Origin: a virus
Length of the DNA: 39,368 bases
UHGV virus genome: UHGV-0015773
Reading direction: 5' to 3' (one strand)
Each line of letters opens with the position of its first letter. Position 1 is the stretch's first letter. This document shows positions 18,394 through 28,745 of the stretch, piece after piece. A program made the translations under genes and the position numbers. The notes below the pieces were generated by a model. That model worked only from the letters and a program-made list of their open reading frames with translations. It was not told the DNA's origin and searched no databases.

Positions 18394-20004
18394 ATGGCTG
18401 AGAAGCGTACAGGTCTAGCCGAGGAAGGCGCGAAGTCCGTTTATGACCGATTGAAGAACGACCGCGCTCCTTATGAGACTCGTGCTCAAAACTGCGCTCA
18501 GTACACCATTCCGTCCCTCTTCCCTAAGGATTCCGATAACTCATCCACAGACTACACGACTCCGTGGCAAGCTGTGGGTGCTCGCGGTCTCAATAACTTG
18601 GCCTCTAAGCTCATGTTGGCGCTCTTCCCGATGCAAACGTGGATGAAGCTGACCATCTCTGAGTATGAGGCAAAACAGTTACTGAATGACCCCGATGGAC
18701 TCGCTAAGGTTGATGAGGGTCTATCGATGGTAGAGCGTATCATCATGAACTACATTGAGTCTAACAGCTACCGAGTGACGCTCTTTGAGGCTCTCAAGCA
18801 GTTAGTCGTAGCGGGTAACGTCCTGCTGTACCTACCGGAACCAGAAGGGTCAAACTACAATCCCATGAAGCTGTACCGATTGTCTTCTTATGTGGTCCAA
18901 CGAGACGCATTCGGCAACGTTCTGCAAATGGTGACTCGTGACCAGATAGCTTTTGGTGCTCTCCCTGAGGACATCCGTAAGGCTGTAGAAGGTCAAGGTG
19001 GTGAGAAGAAAGCCGATGAGACCATCGACGTGTACACTCACATCTATCTGGACGAGGACACAGGCGAATACCTCCGGTACGAAGAGGTCGAGGGCATGGA
19101 GGTACAAGGCTCCGATGGGTCTTACCCTAAAGAGGCTTGCCCGTACATCCCGATTCGGATGGTTCGACTTGACGGAGAATCCTATGGTCGTTCTTACATT
19201 GAGGAATACTTAGGTGACTTACGGTCCCTTGAGAATCTCCAAGAGGCTATCGTCAAGATGTCAATGATTAGCTCTAAGGTTATCGGCTTAGTGAATCCTG
19301 CTGGTATCACCCAGCCACGCCGACTGACCAAAGCTCAGACTGGTGACTTCGTTACTGGTCGCCCAGAAGACATCTCATTCCTTCAACTGGAGAAGCAAGC
19401 AGACTTTACTGTAGCCAAGGCTGTCAGTGACGCGATTGAGGCTCGCCTTTCGTTTGCCTTCATGTTGAACTCCGCTGTTCAGCGCACAGGTGAACGTGTG
19501 ACCGCCGAAGAGATTCGGTACGTTGCGTCAGAACTTGAAGATACTTTAGGCGGTGTCTACTCTATCCTTTCTCAAGAATTACAATTGCCTCTGGTACGAG
19601 TGCTCTTGAAGCAACTACAAGCCACGCAACAGATTCCTGAGTTACCTAAGGAAGCCGTAGAGCCAACCATTAGTACAGGTCTGGAAGCAATTGGTCGAGG
19701 ACAAGACCTTGATAAGCTGGAGCGTTGCGTTACTGCGTGGGCTGCTCTTGCTCCTATGCGTGATGACCCTGATATCAACCTTGCGATGATTAAGCTCCGC
19801 ATTGCTAACGCTATCGGTATCGACACTTCTGGTATCCTTCTCACCGAAGAACAGAAGCAACAGAAGATGGCGCAACAGTCTATGCAGATGGGTATGGACA
19901 ATGGTGCCGCTGCGTTGGCTCAAGGTATGGCTGCACAGGCCACAGCTTCACCTGAGGCTATGGCTGCTACTGCTGATTCCGTGGGTCTACAGCCAGGCAT
20001 TTAA
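18394..20004 (+). CDS. 8: Gene 8 head-tail connector (portal) protein (536 aa)
   Basis: MAEKRTGLAEEGAKSVYDRLKNDRAPYETRAQNCAQYTIPSLFPKDSDN... is near-identical to T7 gp8. Confidence 0.98.
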   Translation: MAEKRTGLAEEGAKSVYDRLKNDRAPYETRAQNCAQYTIPSLFPKDSDNSSTDYTTPWQAVGARGLNNLASKLMLALFPMQTWMKLTISEYEAKQLLNDPDGLAKVDEGLSMVERIIMNYIESNSYRVTLFEALKQLVVAGNVLLYLPEPEGSNYNPMKLYRLSSYVVQRDAFGNVLQMVTRDQIAFGALPEDIRKAVEGQGGEKKADETIDVYTHIYLDEDTGEYLRYEEVEGMEVQGSDGSYPKEACPYIPIRMVRLDGESYGRSYIEEYLGDLRSLENLQEAIVKMSMISSKVIGLVNPAGITQPRRLTKAQTGDFVTGRPEDISFLQLEKQADFTVAKAVSDAIEARLSFAFMLNSAVQRTGERVTAEEIRYVASELEDTLGGVYSILSQELQLPLVRVLLKQLQATQQIPELPKEAVEPTISTGLEAIGRGQDLDKLERCVTAWAALAPMRDDPDINLAMIKLRIANAIGIDTSGILLTEEQKQQKMAQQSMQMGMDNGAAALAQGMAAQATASPEAMAATADSVGLQPGI

Positions 20005-20024
20005 TACGACTCACTATAGGGAGA
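20002..20024 (+). promoter_or_regulatory. T7-RNAP promoter phi9
   Basis: taatacgactcactatagggaga, with +1 G at 20019, overlapping the gene 8 stop. Confidence 0.9.
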
Positions 20025-20103
20025 CCTCATCTTTGAAATGAGCGATGACGAGAGGTTGGAGTCCTCGGTCTTCCTATAGGTTAACTTTAAGGAGATAACA
20101 ATA

Positions 20104-21027
20104 ATGGCTGAATCTAATGCTGATGTATATGCGTCCTTCGGCGTAAACTCCGCTGTGATGTCTGGTGGTTCCGTTGAGGAACATGAACAGAACATGCTGG
20201 CTCTTGATGTTGCTGCCCGTGATGGCGATGATGCAATCGAGTTAGCGTCCAACGAAGTGGAAACAGAACGCGACCTGTATGATAACTCTGACCCATTCGA
20301 TCAAGAGGATGATGAGGGCCGCATTCAGGTCCGTATTGGTGATGGCTCCGAGCCGACCGATGTGGACACTGTAGAAGAAGACTTTGAGGGCACCGAAGGT
20401 TCCGAAGAGTTTACACCTCTTGGTGAGACCCCAGAAGAACTGGTAGCTGCCTCTGAGCAACTTGGTGAGCACGAAGAAGGCTTCCAAGAGATGATTAACA
20501 TCGCTGCCGAGCGTGGTATGAGCGCCGAGACCATTGAGGCTATCCAGCGTGAGTACGAGGAGAATGAAGAGTTGTCCGCTGAGTCCTACGCTAAGCTGGC
20601 TGAAATTGGCTACACTAAGGCTTTCATCGACTCATACATTCGCGGTCAAGAAGCTCTGGTGGAGCAGTACGTAAACAGTGTCATTGAATACGCTGGTGGT
20701 CGTGAGCGTTTTGACGCACTGTATAGTCACCTTGAGACGCACAACCCTGAGGCTGCACAGTCGCTGGACAATGCGTTGACCAATCGTGACCTAGCGACAG
20801 TTAAGGCTATCATCAACTTGGCTGGTGAGTCTCGCGCTAAGGCGTTTGGTCGTAAGCCAACTCGTAGTGTAACTAATCGTGCTATTCCGGCTAAACCTCA
20901 GGCTACCAAGCGTGAAGGCTTTGCGGACCGTAGCGAGATGATTAAAGCTATGAGCGACCCTCGGTATCGCACAGACGCCAACTACCGTCGTCAAGTCGAA
21001 CAGAAAGTAATCGATTCGAACTTCTGA
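20104..21027 (+). CDS. 9: Gene 9 capsid assembly (scaffolding) protein (307 aa)
   Basis: The acidic MAESNADVYASFGVNSAVMSGGSVEEHEQNMLALDVAARDGDDAIELAS... is collinear with T7 gp9. Confidence 0.95.
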   Translation: MAESNADVYASFGVNSAVMSGGSVEEHEQNMLALDVAARDGDDAIELASNEVETERDLYDNSDPFDQEDDEGRIQVRIGDGSEPTDVDTVEEDFEGTEGSEEFTPLGETPEELVAASEQLGEHEEGFQEMINIAAERGMSAETIEAIQREYEENEELSAESYAKLAEIGYTKAFIDSYIRGQEALVEQYVNSVIEYAGGRERFDALYSHLETHNPEAAQSLDNALTNRDLATVKAIINLAGESRAKAFGRKPTRSVTNRAIPAKPQATKREGFADRSEMIKAMSDPRYRTDANYRRQVEQKVIDSNF

Positions 21028-21040
21028 TAGACTCTGAAAT

Positions 21041-21063
21041 TAATACGACTCACTATAGGGAGA
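21041..21063 (+). promoter_or_regulatory. T7-RNAP promoter phi10 (strong class III), with the gene 10 leader
   Basis: taatacgactcactatagggagacaacaacggtttccctctagg... is followed by aagaaggagatacacatATG. This is the classic phi10 promoter and s10 translational-enhancer arrangement. Confidence 0.92.
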
Positions 21064-21123
21064 CAACAACGGTTTCCCTCTAGGAATAACTTTGTTTAAC
21101 TTTCTTAAGAAGGAGATACACAT

Positions 21124-22155
21124 ATGGCTAACATGACTGGTGGACAGCAACTGGGTACTAACCAAGGTAAAGGTGCAAGTACTTCTGATAAACTGGCGTT
21201 GTTCTTAAAGGTATTTGGTGGTGAAGTTCTGACTGCATTTGCTCGTACCTCCGTGACGACTTCTCGCCACATGGTCCGCTCCATCTCAAGCGGTAAATCT
21301 GCTCAGTTCCCTGTACTGGGTCGCACTCAGGCAGCGTATCTGGCTCCGGGTGAGAACCTCGATGATAAACGTAAAGACATCAAACACACCGAGAAGGTAA
21401 TCACCATTGATGGTCTCCTGACGGCTGACGTTCTGATTTACGATATTGAGGACGCGATGAACCACTATGACGTTCGCTCTGAGTATACCTCTCAGTTGGG
21501 TGAATCTCTGGCGATGGCTGCTGATGGTGCGGTTCTGGCTGAGATTGCTGGCCTGTGTAACTTGGCAAGCACCTCTGACGAGAACATTGCAGGTCTGGGC
21601 ACTGCCACTGTGATTGCGACCACTCAGGCCAAGACTGCACTTACCGACCAAGTTGCTCTGGGTAAGGAGATTATTGCGGCTCTGACTAAAGCTCGTGCAG
21701 CTCTGACCAAGAACTATGTTCCAGCTGCTGACCGTGTGTTCTACTGCGACCCTGATAGCTACTCTGCTATTCTGGCAGCACTGATGCCGAACGCGGCAAA
21801 CTACGCTGCACTGATTGACCCTGAGAAGGGTTCTATCCGCAACGTTATGGGCTTCGAGGTTGTTGAGGTTCCGCACCTGACCGCTGGTGGTGCAGGTACT
21901 GCCCGTGAGGGCGTAACCGGTCAGAAGCACGTCTTCCCAGCAACGGCTACTGGTAATGACAAGGTTGCTAAGGACAACGTTATCGGCCTGTTCATGCACC
22001 GCTCTGCGGTAGGTACTGTTAAGCTGCGTGACTTGGCTCTGGAGCGCGCTCGCCGTGCTAACTTCCAAGCTGACCAGATTATCGCTAAGTACGCAATGGG
22101 CCACGGTGGTCTGCGCCCAGAAGCTGCTGGTGCGGTGGTTTTCAAGGGGGAGTAA
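21124..22155 (+). CDS. 10A: Gene 10A major capsid protein (343 aa)
   Basis: MANMTGGQQLGTNQGKGASTSDKLALFLKVFGGEVLTAFARTSVTTSRHMVRS... is near-identical to T7 gp10A. Confidence 0.99.
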   Translation: MANMTGGQQLGTNQGKGASTSDKLALFLKVFGGEVLTAFARTSVTTSRHMVRSISSGKSAQFPVLGRTQAAYLAPGENLDDKRKDIKHTEKVITIDGLLTADVLIYDIEDAMNHYDVRSEYTSQLGESLAMAADGAVLAEIAGLCNLASTSDENIAGLGTATVIATTQAKTALTDQVALGKEIIAALTKARAALTKNYVPAADRVFYCDPDSYSAILAALMPNAANYAALIDPEKGSIRNVMGFEVVEVPHLTAGGAGTAREGVTGQKHVFPATATGNDKVAKDNVIGLFMHRSAVGTVKLRDLALERARRANFQADQIIAKYAMGHGGLRPEAAGAVVFKGE

Positions 22156-22310
22156 TGCTGGGAGTGGCCTCAACGGTAGCTGCTAGTCCCGAAGAGGTGA
22201 GTGTTACTTCAGCCGAAGAAACCTTAACGCCAGCACAGAAGGCCGCACGCACCCGCGCTGCTAACAAAGCCAGAAAGGAAGCTGAGTTAGCTGCCGCTGC
22301 TGGGCAATAA
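21124..22310 (+). CDS. 10B: Gene 10B minor capsid protein, made by a programmed -1 ribosomal frameshift at G GUU UUC (about 22138-22143)
   Basis: The -1 frame after gtg gtt ttc reads QGGVMLGVASTVAASPEEVSVTSAEETLTPAQKAARTRAANKARKEAELAAAAGQ* and ends at 22310, collinear with the T7 10B extension. The frame offset was checked: (22308-21124) mod 3 = 2. Confidence 0.75.
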
Positions 22311-22319
22311 CTAGCATAA

Positions 22320-22357
22320 CCCCTTGGGGCCTCTAAACGGGTCTTGAGGGGTTTTTT
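22320..22357 (+). terminator. Tphi: Tphi, the T7 RNAP class I terminator
   Basis: aaccccttggggcctctaaacgggtcttgaggggttttttg forms a GC-rich hairpin followed by a U6 run, essentially identical to T7 Tphi. It lies directly after 10B. Confidence 0.95.
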
Positions 22358-22375
22358 GCTTAAAGGAGGAACTAT

Positions 22376-22966
22376 ATGCGCTCATACGATATGAACGTTG
22401 AGACTGCCGCTGAGCTATCCGCTGTGAACGACATTCTGGCATCTATCGGTGAACCTCCGGTATCGACACTGGAAGGTGATGCTAACGCAGACGTAGCGAA
22501 CGCTCGGCGTATTCTCAACAAGATTAACAGACAGATTCAGTCTCGTGGCTGGACGTTCAACATTGAGGAAGGTATCACACTTCTTCCAGATGTTTACTCC
22601 AACCTGATTGTATACAGCGACGACTACCTATCACTAATGGCTACTTCCGGTCAATCCATCTACGTTAACCGAGGTGGCTATGTGTATGACCGAACGAGTC
22701 AAACAGACCGCTTTGACTCTGGTATTACCGTGAACATTATCCGTCTCCGAGACTACGATGAGATGCCTGAGTGCTTCCGTTACTGGATTGTCACTAAGGC
22801 TTCCCGTCAGTTCAACAACCGATTCTTTGGGGCACCAGAAGTAGAAGGTGTACTACAAGAAGAGGAAGATGAGGCTCGACGGCTCTGCATGGAGTACGAA
22901 GTGGACTACGGTGGATACAACATGCTTGACGGCGATGCGTTCACTTCTGGTCTACTGACTCGCTGA
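22376..22966 (+). CDS. 11: Gene 11 tail tubular protein A (gatekeeper) (196 aa)
   Basis: [50 protein letters not shown]... is near-identical to T7 gp11. Confidence 0.97.
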   Translation: MRSYDMNVETAAELSAVNDILASIGEPPVSTLEGDANADVANARRILNKINRQIQSRGWTFNIEEGITLLPDVYSNLIVYSDDYLSLMATSGQSIYVNRGGYVYDRTSQTDRFDSGITVNIIRLRDYDEMPECFRYWIVTKASRQFNNRFFGAPEVEGVLQEEEDEARRLCMEYEVDYGGYNMLDGDAFTSGLLTR

Positions 22967-22987
22967 TTAATAAATAAGGAGGCTCTA

Positions 22988-25378
22988 ATGGCGCTCATTA
23001 GCCAATCAATCAAGAACTTGAAGGGTGGTATCAGCCAACAGCCTGACATCCTTCGTTATCCAGACCAAGGGGCACGACAAGTTAACGGTTGGTCTTCGGA
23101 GACCGAGGGCCTCCAAAAGCGTCCACCTCTGGTTTTCCTTAAGACACTAGGAGGAAGCGGTGACTTGGGACAAGCACCTTACATTCACCTGATAAACCGT
23201 GACGAGTACGAGAGGTACTACGCAGTGTTTACAGGAAGTACCATCCGAGTTTTTGACTTATCTGGTAACGAGAAACAAGTGCGTTTCCCCTCAGGGGAAG
23301 CATATATACAGACAGCTAACCCGAGGAATGACCTAAGGATGGTAACAGTTGCCGACTACACGTTTGTCGTTAACAGAAACGTCACCGTAACCGAATCCAC
23401 AGAAATTTCAACTGGTGGTAACTTTCGGGATAAAGGTGACGCGCTGATTAACGTGCGAGGTGGTCAGTACGGAAGAACGTTGAAGGTTCTTATTAATGGT
23501 GTAGTATTTGCATCGTACACAATCCCTAACGGGTCCGCTCCAGAACATGTCAACAATACCGATGCTCAATGGCTGGCTAACGAGTTGGCTACTCAACTCA
23601 GGAACAACCTAGGAACAAGCGGGTGGACATTCAACGTTGGTCAGGGGTTCATTCATGTGATAGCTCCTGCCAACAGTGAGGTAGAAAGCATATCAACCGA
23701 GGATGGGTACGCAGACCAGCTAATTAACCCAGTCACTCACTACGCTCAGTCGTTCTCTAAGTTACCGCCAAACGCTCCAGATGGCTACATGGTTAAGATT
23801 GTAGGAGATTCCTCAAAGTCCGCTGACCAGTATTACGTTCAATATGATGCCGTTCGTAAGGTATGGAAGGAAGTTGTAGGATGGAACACCAAGCTATACT
23901 ATAACCGCGATTCGATGCCTCACGCCCTCATTAGGGCCTCTGACGGTAACTTTGAGTTCAAGGTAATCTCGTGGAACCCTAGGGTGTGCGGTGATGCTGA
24001 TACTAACCCGTATCCTTCATTCGTAGGCTCTACGATTAACGATGTCTTCTTCTTCCGTAACCGTTTAGGATTCCTTAGCGGAGAGAACATCATATTGAGT
24101 CGTACTGCAAAATACTTCAACTTCTTCCCGGCGTCGGTTGCTAACCTAAGTGATGACGACCCTATAGACGTAGCTGTGAGTACCAACCGAATAGCAATCC
24201 TTAAGTACGCCGTTCCGTTCTCAGAGGAGTTACTCATCTGGTCCGATGAAGCACAATTTGTCCTGACTGCTTCCGGCACTCTCACGTCGAAATCGGTTGA
24301 GTTGAACCTAACGACTCAGTTTGACGTACAGGACCGAGCGCGACCTTATGGAATTGGGCGTAATGTCTACTTTGCTAGTCCAAGGTCCAGCTTCACATCC
24401 ATCCACAGGTACTACGCTGTGCAGGATGTAAGTTCCGTCAAGAACGCTGAGGACATCACAGCGCACGTACCTAACTACATACCTAATGGTGTATTTAGTA
24501 TTTGTGGTAGTGGTACAGAAAACTTCTGTTCGGTACTATCTCACGGGGACCCTAGCAAAATCTTCATGTACAAATTCCTGTACCTGAACGAAGAGCTAAG
24601 ACAACAGTCGTGGTCTCACTGGGACTTTGGGCCAAACGTGCAGGTTCTAGCGTGCCAAAGTATCAACTCAGACATGTATGTGATTCTACGTAATGAGTTC
24701 AATACGTTCCTCGCTAAAATCTCTTTCACTAAGAACGCCATTGACTTACAGGGAGAACCATATCGTGCCTTTATGGACATGAAGATTCGCTATACGATTC
24801 CTAGTGGAACATACAACGATGACACCTATACTACCTCGATTCACCTGCCAACAATCTATGGTGCGAACTTCGGTAGGGGAAAAATCACTGTATTGGAGCC
24901 TGACGGTAAGATAACCGTCTTTGAGCAACCTACTGCTGGGTGGCATAGCGACCCTTGGCTTAGACTCGACGGTAACTTAGAGGGACGAGTGGTGTACATT
25001 GGGTTCAACATCGACTTCGTCTATGAGTTCTCTAAGTTCCTCATCAAGCAAACTGCCGACGATGGGTCTACCTCCACGGAAGACATTGGGCGCTTGCAGT
25101 TACGCCGAGCGTGGGTGAATTATGAGAACTCTGGGGCGTTCGACATTTATGTTGAGAACCAATCGTCCAACTGGAAGTACACAATGGCTGGTGCTCGCTT
25201 AGGCTCTAACACTCTGAGGGCTGGGCGATTGAACTTAGGGACCGGACAATACCGATTCCCTGTGGTGGGTAACGCCAAGTTCAATACAGTGTCCATCTTG
25301 TCTGATGAGACTACCCCACTGAACATCATTGGGTGTGGCTGGGAAGGTAACTACCTACGGAGAAGTTCCGGCATTTAA
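22988..25378 (+). CDS. 12: Gene 12 tail tubular protein B (nozzle) (796 aa)
   Basis: MALISQSIKNLKGGISQQPDILRYPDQGARQVNGWSSETEGLQKRPPLVF... is near-identical to T7 gp12. Confidence 0.97.
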   Translation: MALISQSIKNLKGGISQQPDILRYPDQGARQVNGWSSETEGLQKRPPLVFLKTLGGSGDLGQAPYIHLINRDEYERYYAVFTGSTIRVFDLSGNEKQVRFPSGEAYIQTANPRNDLRMVTVADYTFVVNRNVTVTESTEISTGGNFRDKGDALINVRGGQYGRTLKVLINGVVFASYTIPNGSAPEHVNNTDAQWLANELATQLRNNLGTSGWTFNVGQGFIHVIAPANSEVESISTEDGYADQLINPVTHYAQSFSKLPPNAPDGYMVKIVGDSSKSADQYYVQYDAVRKVWKEVVGWNTKLYYNRDSMPHALIRASDGNFEFKVISWNPRVCGDADTNPYPSFVGSTINDVFFFRNRLGFLSGENIILSRTAKYFNFFPASVANLSDDDPIDVAVSTNRIAILKYAVPFSEELLIWSDEAQFVLTASGTLTSKSVELNLTTQFDVQDRARPYGIGRNVYFASPRSSFTSIHRYYAVQDVSSVKNAEDITAHVPNYIPNGVFSICGSGTENFCSVLSHGDPSKIFMYKFLYLNEELRQQSWSHWDFGPNVQVLACQSINSDMYVILRNEFNTFLAKISFTKNAIDLQGEPYRAFMDMKIRYTIPSGTYNDDTYTTSIHLPTIYGANFGRGKITVLEPDGKITVFEQPTAGWHSDPWLRLDGNLEGRVVYIGFNIDFVYEFSKFLIKQTADDGSTSTEDIGRLQLRRAWVNYENSGAFDIYVENQSSNWKYTMAGARLGSNTLRAGRLNLGTGQYRFPVVGNAKFNTVSILSDETTPLNIIGCGWEGNYLRRSSGI

Positions 25379-25408
25379 TTAAACGTTCTCCCTGTGGTGG
25401 CTCGAAAT

Positions 25409-25431
25409 TAATACGACTCACTATAGGGAGA
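25409..25431 (+). promoter_or_regulatory. T7-RNAP promoter phi13, with flanking inverted repeat (R13 region)
   Basis: taatacgactcactatagggaga has +1 G at 25426. The upstream gttctccct and the transcribed agggagaac form an inverted repeat. Confidence 0.88.
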
Positions 25432-25458
25432 ACAATATGACTACGGGAGGGTTTTCTT

Positions 25459-25875
25459 ATGATGATTATAAGACCTACTAAAAGTACAGACTTTGAGGTA
25501 TTCACTCCGGCTCACCATGACATTCTTGAAGCTAAGGCTGCTGGTATTGAGCTGAGTTTCCCTGATGCTTCCGAGTGTGTCACGTTGAGCCTACATGGGT
25601 TCCCTCTAGCTATCGGTGGTAACTGTGGGGACCGGTGCTGGTTCGTTACGAGTGACCAAGTGTGGCGACTTAGTGGAAAAGCTAAGCGAGAGTTCCGTAA
25701 GTTAATCATGGAGTATCGCGATAAGATGCTTGAGAAGTATGATACTCTTTGGAATTACGTATGGGTAGGCAATACGTCCCACATTCGTTTCCTCAAGACT
25801 ATCGGTGCGGTATTCCATGAAGAGTACACACGAGATGGTCAATTTCAATTATTCACAATAACGAAAGGAGGATAA
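25459..25875 (+). CDS. 13: Gene 13 internal virion/assembly protein (138 aa)
   Basis: MMIIRPTKSTDFEVFTPAHHDILEAKAAGIELSFPDASECVTLSLHGFPLA... is collinear with T7 gp13. Confidence 0.93.
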   Translation: MMIIRPTKSTDFEVFTPAHHDILEAKAAGIELSFPDASECVTLSLHGFPLAIGGNCGDRCWFVTSDQVWRLSGKAKREFRKLIMEYRDKMLEKYDTLWNYVWVGNTSHIRFLKTIGAVFHEEYTRDGQFQLFTITKGG

Positions 25876-25879
25876 CCAT

Positions 25880-26470
25880 ATGTGTTGGGCAGCCGCAATT
25901 CCTATCGCTATAGCTGGTGCTCAGGCTATCAGTGGTCAGAACGCTCAGGCCAAAATGATTGCCTCTCAGACCGCTGCTGGTCGTCGCCAAGCTATGGAAA
26001 TCATGAGGCAGACGAACATCCAGAATGCTGACCTATCGTTGCAAGCCCGAAGTCGCCTTGAGGAAGCGTCCTCTGAGTTGACCTCTCAGAACATGCAGAA
26101 GGTCCAAGCTATGGGGTCTATCCGAGCGGCTATCGGAGAGAGTATGCTTGAAGGTGCCTCAATGGACCGCATTAAGCGAGTCACAGAGGGGCAGTTCATT
26201 CGGGAAGCCAATATGGTGACTGAGAACTATCGCCGCGACTACCAAGCAATCTTCGCACAGCAACTGGGTGGCACTCAAAGTGCTGCAAGCCAGATTAACG
26301 AAATCTATAAGGGTGAGCAGAAGCAGAAGAGTAAGCTACAGATGGTTCTGGACCCTCTGGCTATCATGGGGTCTTCCGCTGCGAGTGCTTACGCATCCGG
26401 TGCGTTTGACTCTAAGTCCACAAACAAGGCACCTATTGTTGCCGCTAAAGGAACCAAGACGGGGAGGTAA
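25880..26470 (+). CDS. 14: Gene 14 internal core protein A (196 aa)
   Basis: MCWAAAIPIAIAGAQAISGQNAQAKMIASQTAAGRRQAMEIMRQTNIQNAD... is collinear with T7 gp14. Confidence 0.95.
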   Translation: MCWAAAIPIAIAGAQAISGQNAQAKMIASQTAAGRRQAMEIMRQTNIQNADLSLQARSRLEEASSELTSQNMQKVQAMGSIRAAIGESMLEGASMDRIKRVTEGQFIREANMVTENYRRDYQAIFAQQLGGTQSAASQINEIYKGEQKQKSKLQMVLDPLAIMGSSAASAYASGAFDSKSTNKAPIVAAKGTKTGR

Positions 26471-26476
26471 TGAGCT

Positions 26477-28720
26477 ATGAGTAAAATTGAATCTGCCCTT
26501 CAAGCGGCACAACCGGGACTCTCTCGGTTACGTGGTAGCACTGGTGGTATGGGCTATCGTGCCGCAACCACTCAGGCTGAGCAACCAAAGTCCAGCCTAT
26601 TGGACACCATTGGTCGGTTCGCTAAGGCCGGTGCTGATATGTACACCGCTAAGGAGCAACGAGCACGCGACCTCGCTGACGAACGTTCCAACGAGATTAT
26701 CCGTAAGCTGACTCCTGAGCAGCGCCGAGAGGCTCTCAACAAAGGAACCCTTCTGTATCAGGATGACCCATACGCTATGGAAGCACTACGAGTCAAGACT
26801 GGTCGTAACGCTGCGTACCTTGTGGACGATGACGTTATGCAGAAGATTAAAGAGGGTGTCTTCCGTACTCGTGAAGAGATGGAAGAGTATCGCCATAGTC
26901 GTCTTCAAGAGGGCGCTAAGTCATACGCTGAGCAGTTCGGTATTGACCCTGATGACGTTGATTATCAGCGTGGGTTCAATGGGGACATCACCGAGCGTAA
27001 CATCTCACTGTATGGGGCACACGATAGCTTCTTGAGTCAACAGGCTCAGAAGGGTGCCATCATGAACAGCCGAGTGGAACTCAACGGTGTCCTCCAAGAC
27101 CCTGATATGCTTCGCCGCCCAGACTCTGCTGACTTCTTTGAGAAGTACATCGACAACGGTCTGGTCACTGGTGCAATCCCGTCTGACGCTCAGGCCACAC
27201 AGCTTATCAGCCAAGCATTCAGTGATGCTTCTAGCCGCGCTGGTGGTGCTGACTTCCTGATGCGAGTGGGCGACAAGAAGGTAACACTTAACGGTGCCAC
27301 TACGACTTACCGCGAGTTAATGGGCGAAGAGCAGTGGAATGCTCTCATGGTGACAGCGCAACGTTCTCAGTTTGAGAATGACGCTAAGCTGAACGAGCAG
27401 TATCGCTTGAAGATTAACTCTGCGCTGAACCAAGAAGACCCTCGTACTGCGTGGGAGATGCTTCAAGGTATCAAGGCTGAACTCGATAAGGTGCAACCTG
27501 ATGAGCAGATGACACCGCAACGTGAGTGGTTAATCTCAGCACAGGAGCAAGTTCAGAATCAGATGAACGCATGGACGAAAGCTCAGGCCAAGGCTCTGGA
27601 TGACTCTATGAAGTCAATGAATAAACTTGACGTAATCGACAAGCAGTTCCAGAAGCGAATCAACGGAGAGTGGGTCTCAACGGACGTTAAGGATATGCCA
27701 GTCAACGAGAACACTGGTGAGTTCAAGCATAGCGATATGGTTAACTACGCCAATAAGAAGCTCGCCGAGATTGACCGTATGGACATCCCAGATAGTGCCA
27801 AGGACATGATGAAGTTGAAATACCTTCAAGCTGACTCTAAGGACGGTGCATTCCGTACAGCAATCGGAACTATGGTGACTGACGCCAGTCAAGAGTGGTC
27901 TGCCGCCGTGATTAACGGTAAGTTACCTGAACGAACACCAGCTATGGATGCTCTACGCAGAATCCGCAATGCTGACCCTCAGTTGATTGCCGCTCTGTAT
28001 CCTGACCAAGCTGAGTTATTCCTGACTATGGACATGATGGACAGGCAGGGTATTGACCCTCAGGTTATTCTTGATGCTGACCGACTGACTGCCAAACGTT
28101 CCAAAGAGCAACGCTTCGAGGACGATAAGGCGTTCGAGTCTGCATTGAATAGCTCTACGGCTCCTGAGATTGCCCGTATGCCAGCGTCACTTCGTGAATC
28201 TGCACGCAAGATTTATGACTCCGTTAAGTTCCGCTCAGGTAACGAAAGCATGGCTATGGAGCAGATGACCAAGTTTCTTAAGGAATCTACCTACACGTTT
28301 ACTGGTGACGATGTTGACGGTGATACCGTTGGTGTAATTCCGAAGAACCTGATGCAAGTCAACTCTGACCCAAAATCGTGGGAGCAAGGTCGTGATATTC
28401 TGGAGGAAGCACGTAAGGGAATCATTGCGAGCAACCCTTGGATAACCAACAAGCAACTGACCATGTACTCACAAGGTGACTCCATCTATCTTATGGATAC
28501 CACTGGTCAAGTCCGAGTCCGGTACGACAAAGAGTTACTCTCGAAGGTCTGGAGTGAGAACCAGAAGAAACTCGAAGAGAAAGCTCGTGAGAATGCTCTG
28601 GCTGAGGCCAACAAGCGAGCACCTATCGTTGCCGCTAAGAAGGCCCGTGAAGCTGGTGCTAAACGAGTCCGAGAGAAACGTAAACAGACTCCGAAGTTCA
28701 TCTATGGACGTAAGGAGTAA
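26477..28720 (+). CDS. 15: Gene 15 internal core protein B (747 aa)
   Basis: MSKIESALQAAQPGLSRLRGSTGGMGYRAATTQAEQPKSSLLDTIGRFAK... is collinear with T7 gp15. Confidence 0.96.
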   Translation: MSKIESALQAAQPGLSRLRGSTGGMGYRAATTQAEQPKSSLLDTIGRFAKAGADMYTAKEQRARDLADERSNEIIRKLTPEQRREALNKGTLLYQDDPYAMEALRVKTGRNAAYLVDDDVMQKIKEGVFRTREEMEEYRHSRLQEGAKSYAEQFGIDPDDVDYQRGFNGDITERNISLYGAHDSFLSQQAQKGAIMNSRVELNGVLQDPDMLRRPDSADFFEKYIDNGLVTGAIPSDAQATQLISQAFSDASSRAGGADFLMRVGDKKVTLNGATTTYRELMGEEQWNALMVTAQRSQFENDAKLNEQYRLKINSALNQEDPRTAWEMLQGIKAELDKVQPDEQMTPQREWLISAQEQVQNQMNAWTKAQAKALDDSMKSMNKLDVIDKQFQKRINGEWVSTDVKDMPVNENTGEFKHSDMVNYANKKLAEIDRMDIPDSAKDMMKLKYLQADSKDGAFRTAIGTMVTDASQEWSAAVINGKLPERTPAMDALRRIRNADPQLIAALYPDQAELFLTMDMMDRQGIDPQVILDADRLTAKRSKEQRFEDDKAFESALNSSTAPEIARMPASLRESARKIYDSVKFRSGNESMAMEQMTKFLKESTYTFTGDDVDGDTVGVIPKNLMQVNSDPKSWEQGRDILEEARKGIIASNPWITNKQLTMYSQGDSIYLMDTTGQVRVRYDKELLSKVWSENQKKLEEKARENALAEANKRAPIVAAKKAREAGAKRVREKRKQTPKFIYGRKE

Positions 28721-28745
28721 CTAAGGCTACATAAGGAGGCCCTAA

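Noticed and set aside
21286-22173. Long antisense ORF (295 aa) opposite the major capsid gene. Similar minus-strand ORFs occur elsewhere, for example 8401-9009, 13889-14641, 17893-18375 and 30839-31240.
   Set aside because: They lie antisense to strongly conserved + strand genes. T7-like genomes are transcribed exclusively left to right, and there are no promoters or RBS on the minus strand. These are frame artefacts.
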